Source: a virus | Virus record (IMG/VR): IMGVR_UViG_3300046535_001869 | Coordinates: 45,300-109,299 of that record | Reading direction: 5' to 3' (one strand) | Length of the DNA stretch: 64,000 bases | Shown: positions 63,580 through 64,000 of the stretch, piece after piece | Position numbering within the stretch: the stretch's first letter is position 1 | How the letters are laid out: each line of letters begins with the position of its first letter | Made by a program: the position numbers and the translations under genes | Notes under the pieces: model-generated | What the model saw: only the letters and a program-made list of their open reading frames with translations | Told to the model about the DNA's origin: nothing | Databases searched by the model: none

Positions 63580-64000
63580 TATCTCCGGTGGCGACAAGCT
63601 CCAGGCAGCGCTCGACAAGATCGCGCGTAAGTTGAAGAAGGGCGGGACGGTCAAGGTCGGGTTCCTCGAGGGCGCTACCTATCCCGATGGAACTTCTGTG
63701 CCACTTGTCGCCGCTATCAACGAGTTCGGCGCTCCATCCCGCGGCCAGCCTCCGCGTCCCTTCTTCCGCAACATGATTGCGGCGAAGTCCGGCGAGTGGC
63801 CGAAGGCGATCGAGGGTCTGCTGATCGCGAACGACTACGACGCCCGGAGGACTCTGGAGCTGACCGGCGCGGCCATCGCGGGGCAGCTCAGGCAGTCGAT
63901 CGTGGATCTCGTCGATCCGCCGCTGGCGCCTTCCACGATCGCCCGTAAGGGCAGCTCAAAGCCTTTGATTGATACCGGCGTGATGCTCCAGTCAGTCGAT
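63572..64000 (+). CDS. Neck/virion morphogenesis protein, partial
   Basis: Manual translation MPDISGGDKL...VKVGFLEGATYPDG...NEFG...PPRPFFR...KPLIDTG. Confidence 0.8.
   Translation, partial: MPDISGGDKLQAALDKIARKLKKGGTVKVGFLEGATYPDGTSVPLVAAINEFGAPSRGQPPRPFFRNMIAAKSGEWPKAIEGLLIANDYDARRTLELTGAAIAGQLRQSIVDLVDPPLAPSTIARKGSSKPLIDTGVMLQSVD

Noticed and set aside
1-64000. tRNA genes, integrase or lysis cassette
   Set aside because: None recognised by eye; the small TM peptides (13606, 35878, 50485) lack an adjacent endolysin, so none was called a holin

Overview
GC-rich tailed-phage (Caudoviricetes) genome segment with two divergent arms meeting at an AT-rich, repeat-bearing origin-like region (~40.75-41.07 kb). 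The host is probably an alphaproteobacterium, inferred weakly from a GcrA-like HTH. The left arm (minus strand, 1-40.7 kb) holds early and replication genes: primase-VapE, SNF2 helicase, PolA, clamp, NrdJ, ThyX, MazG and a DHH phosphoesterase. It also carries a 7-deazaguanine DNA-modification cluster (dpdA, PRTase-folE fusion, queD, queE, queC) and a dispersed nucleotide-sugar pathway (HddA-like kinase, HddC-like nucleotidyltransferase, ColD-like dehydratase, split TPP enzyme, B12 radical SAM). A repeated TTTACT-N17 promoter family drives this arm. The right arm (plus strand) has a NusG paralogue, terminase and a DUF1073/MuF/DUF2213/DUF2184-type head module. Three systems stand out. (1) An apparent protease-processed capsid-cargo system: a repeated 'A-x-D | ...HPR/HDP..GxF' tag precedes a topoisomerase IB fused to the portal, a zinc peptidase, and modules of a 1191-aa protease polyprotein that also carries ART-like, HiPIP-like and Nudix domains. 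(2) Three adjacent head-region proteins share a C-terminal LGxPTDK strand, suggesting a donor-strand Ig fibre. (3) A GT9 glycosyltransferase, methyltransferase and dioxygenase sit in the head operon and may glycosylate the virion. All family calls come from motif recognition by eye; no database search was run. No tRNA, CRISPR array or integrase was seen.
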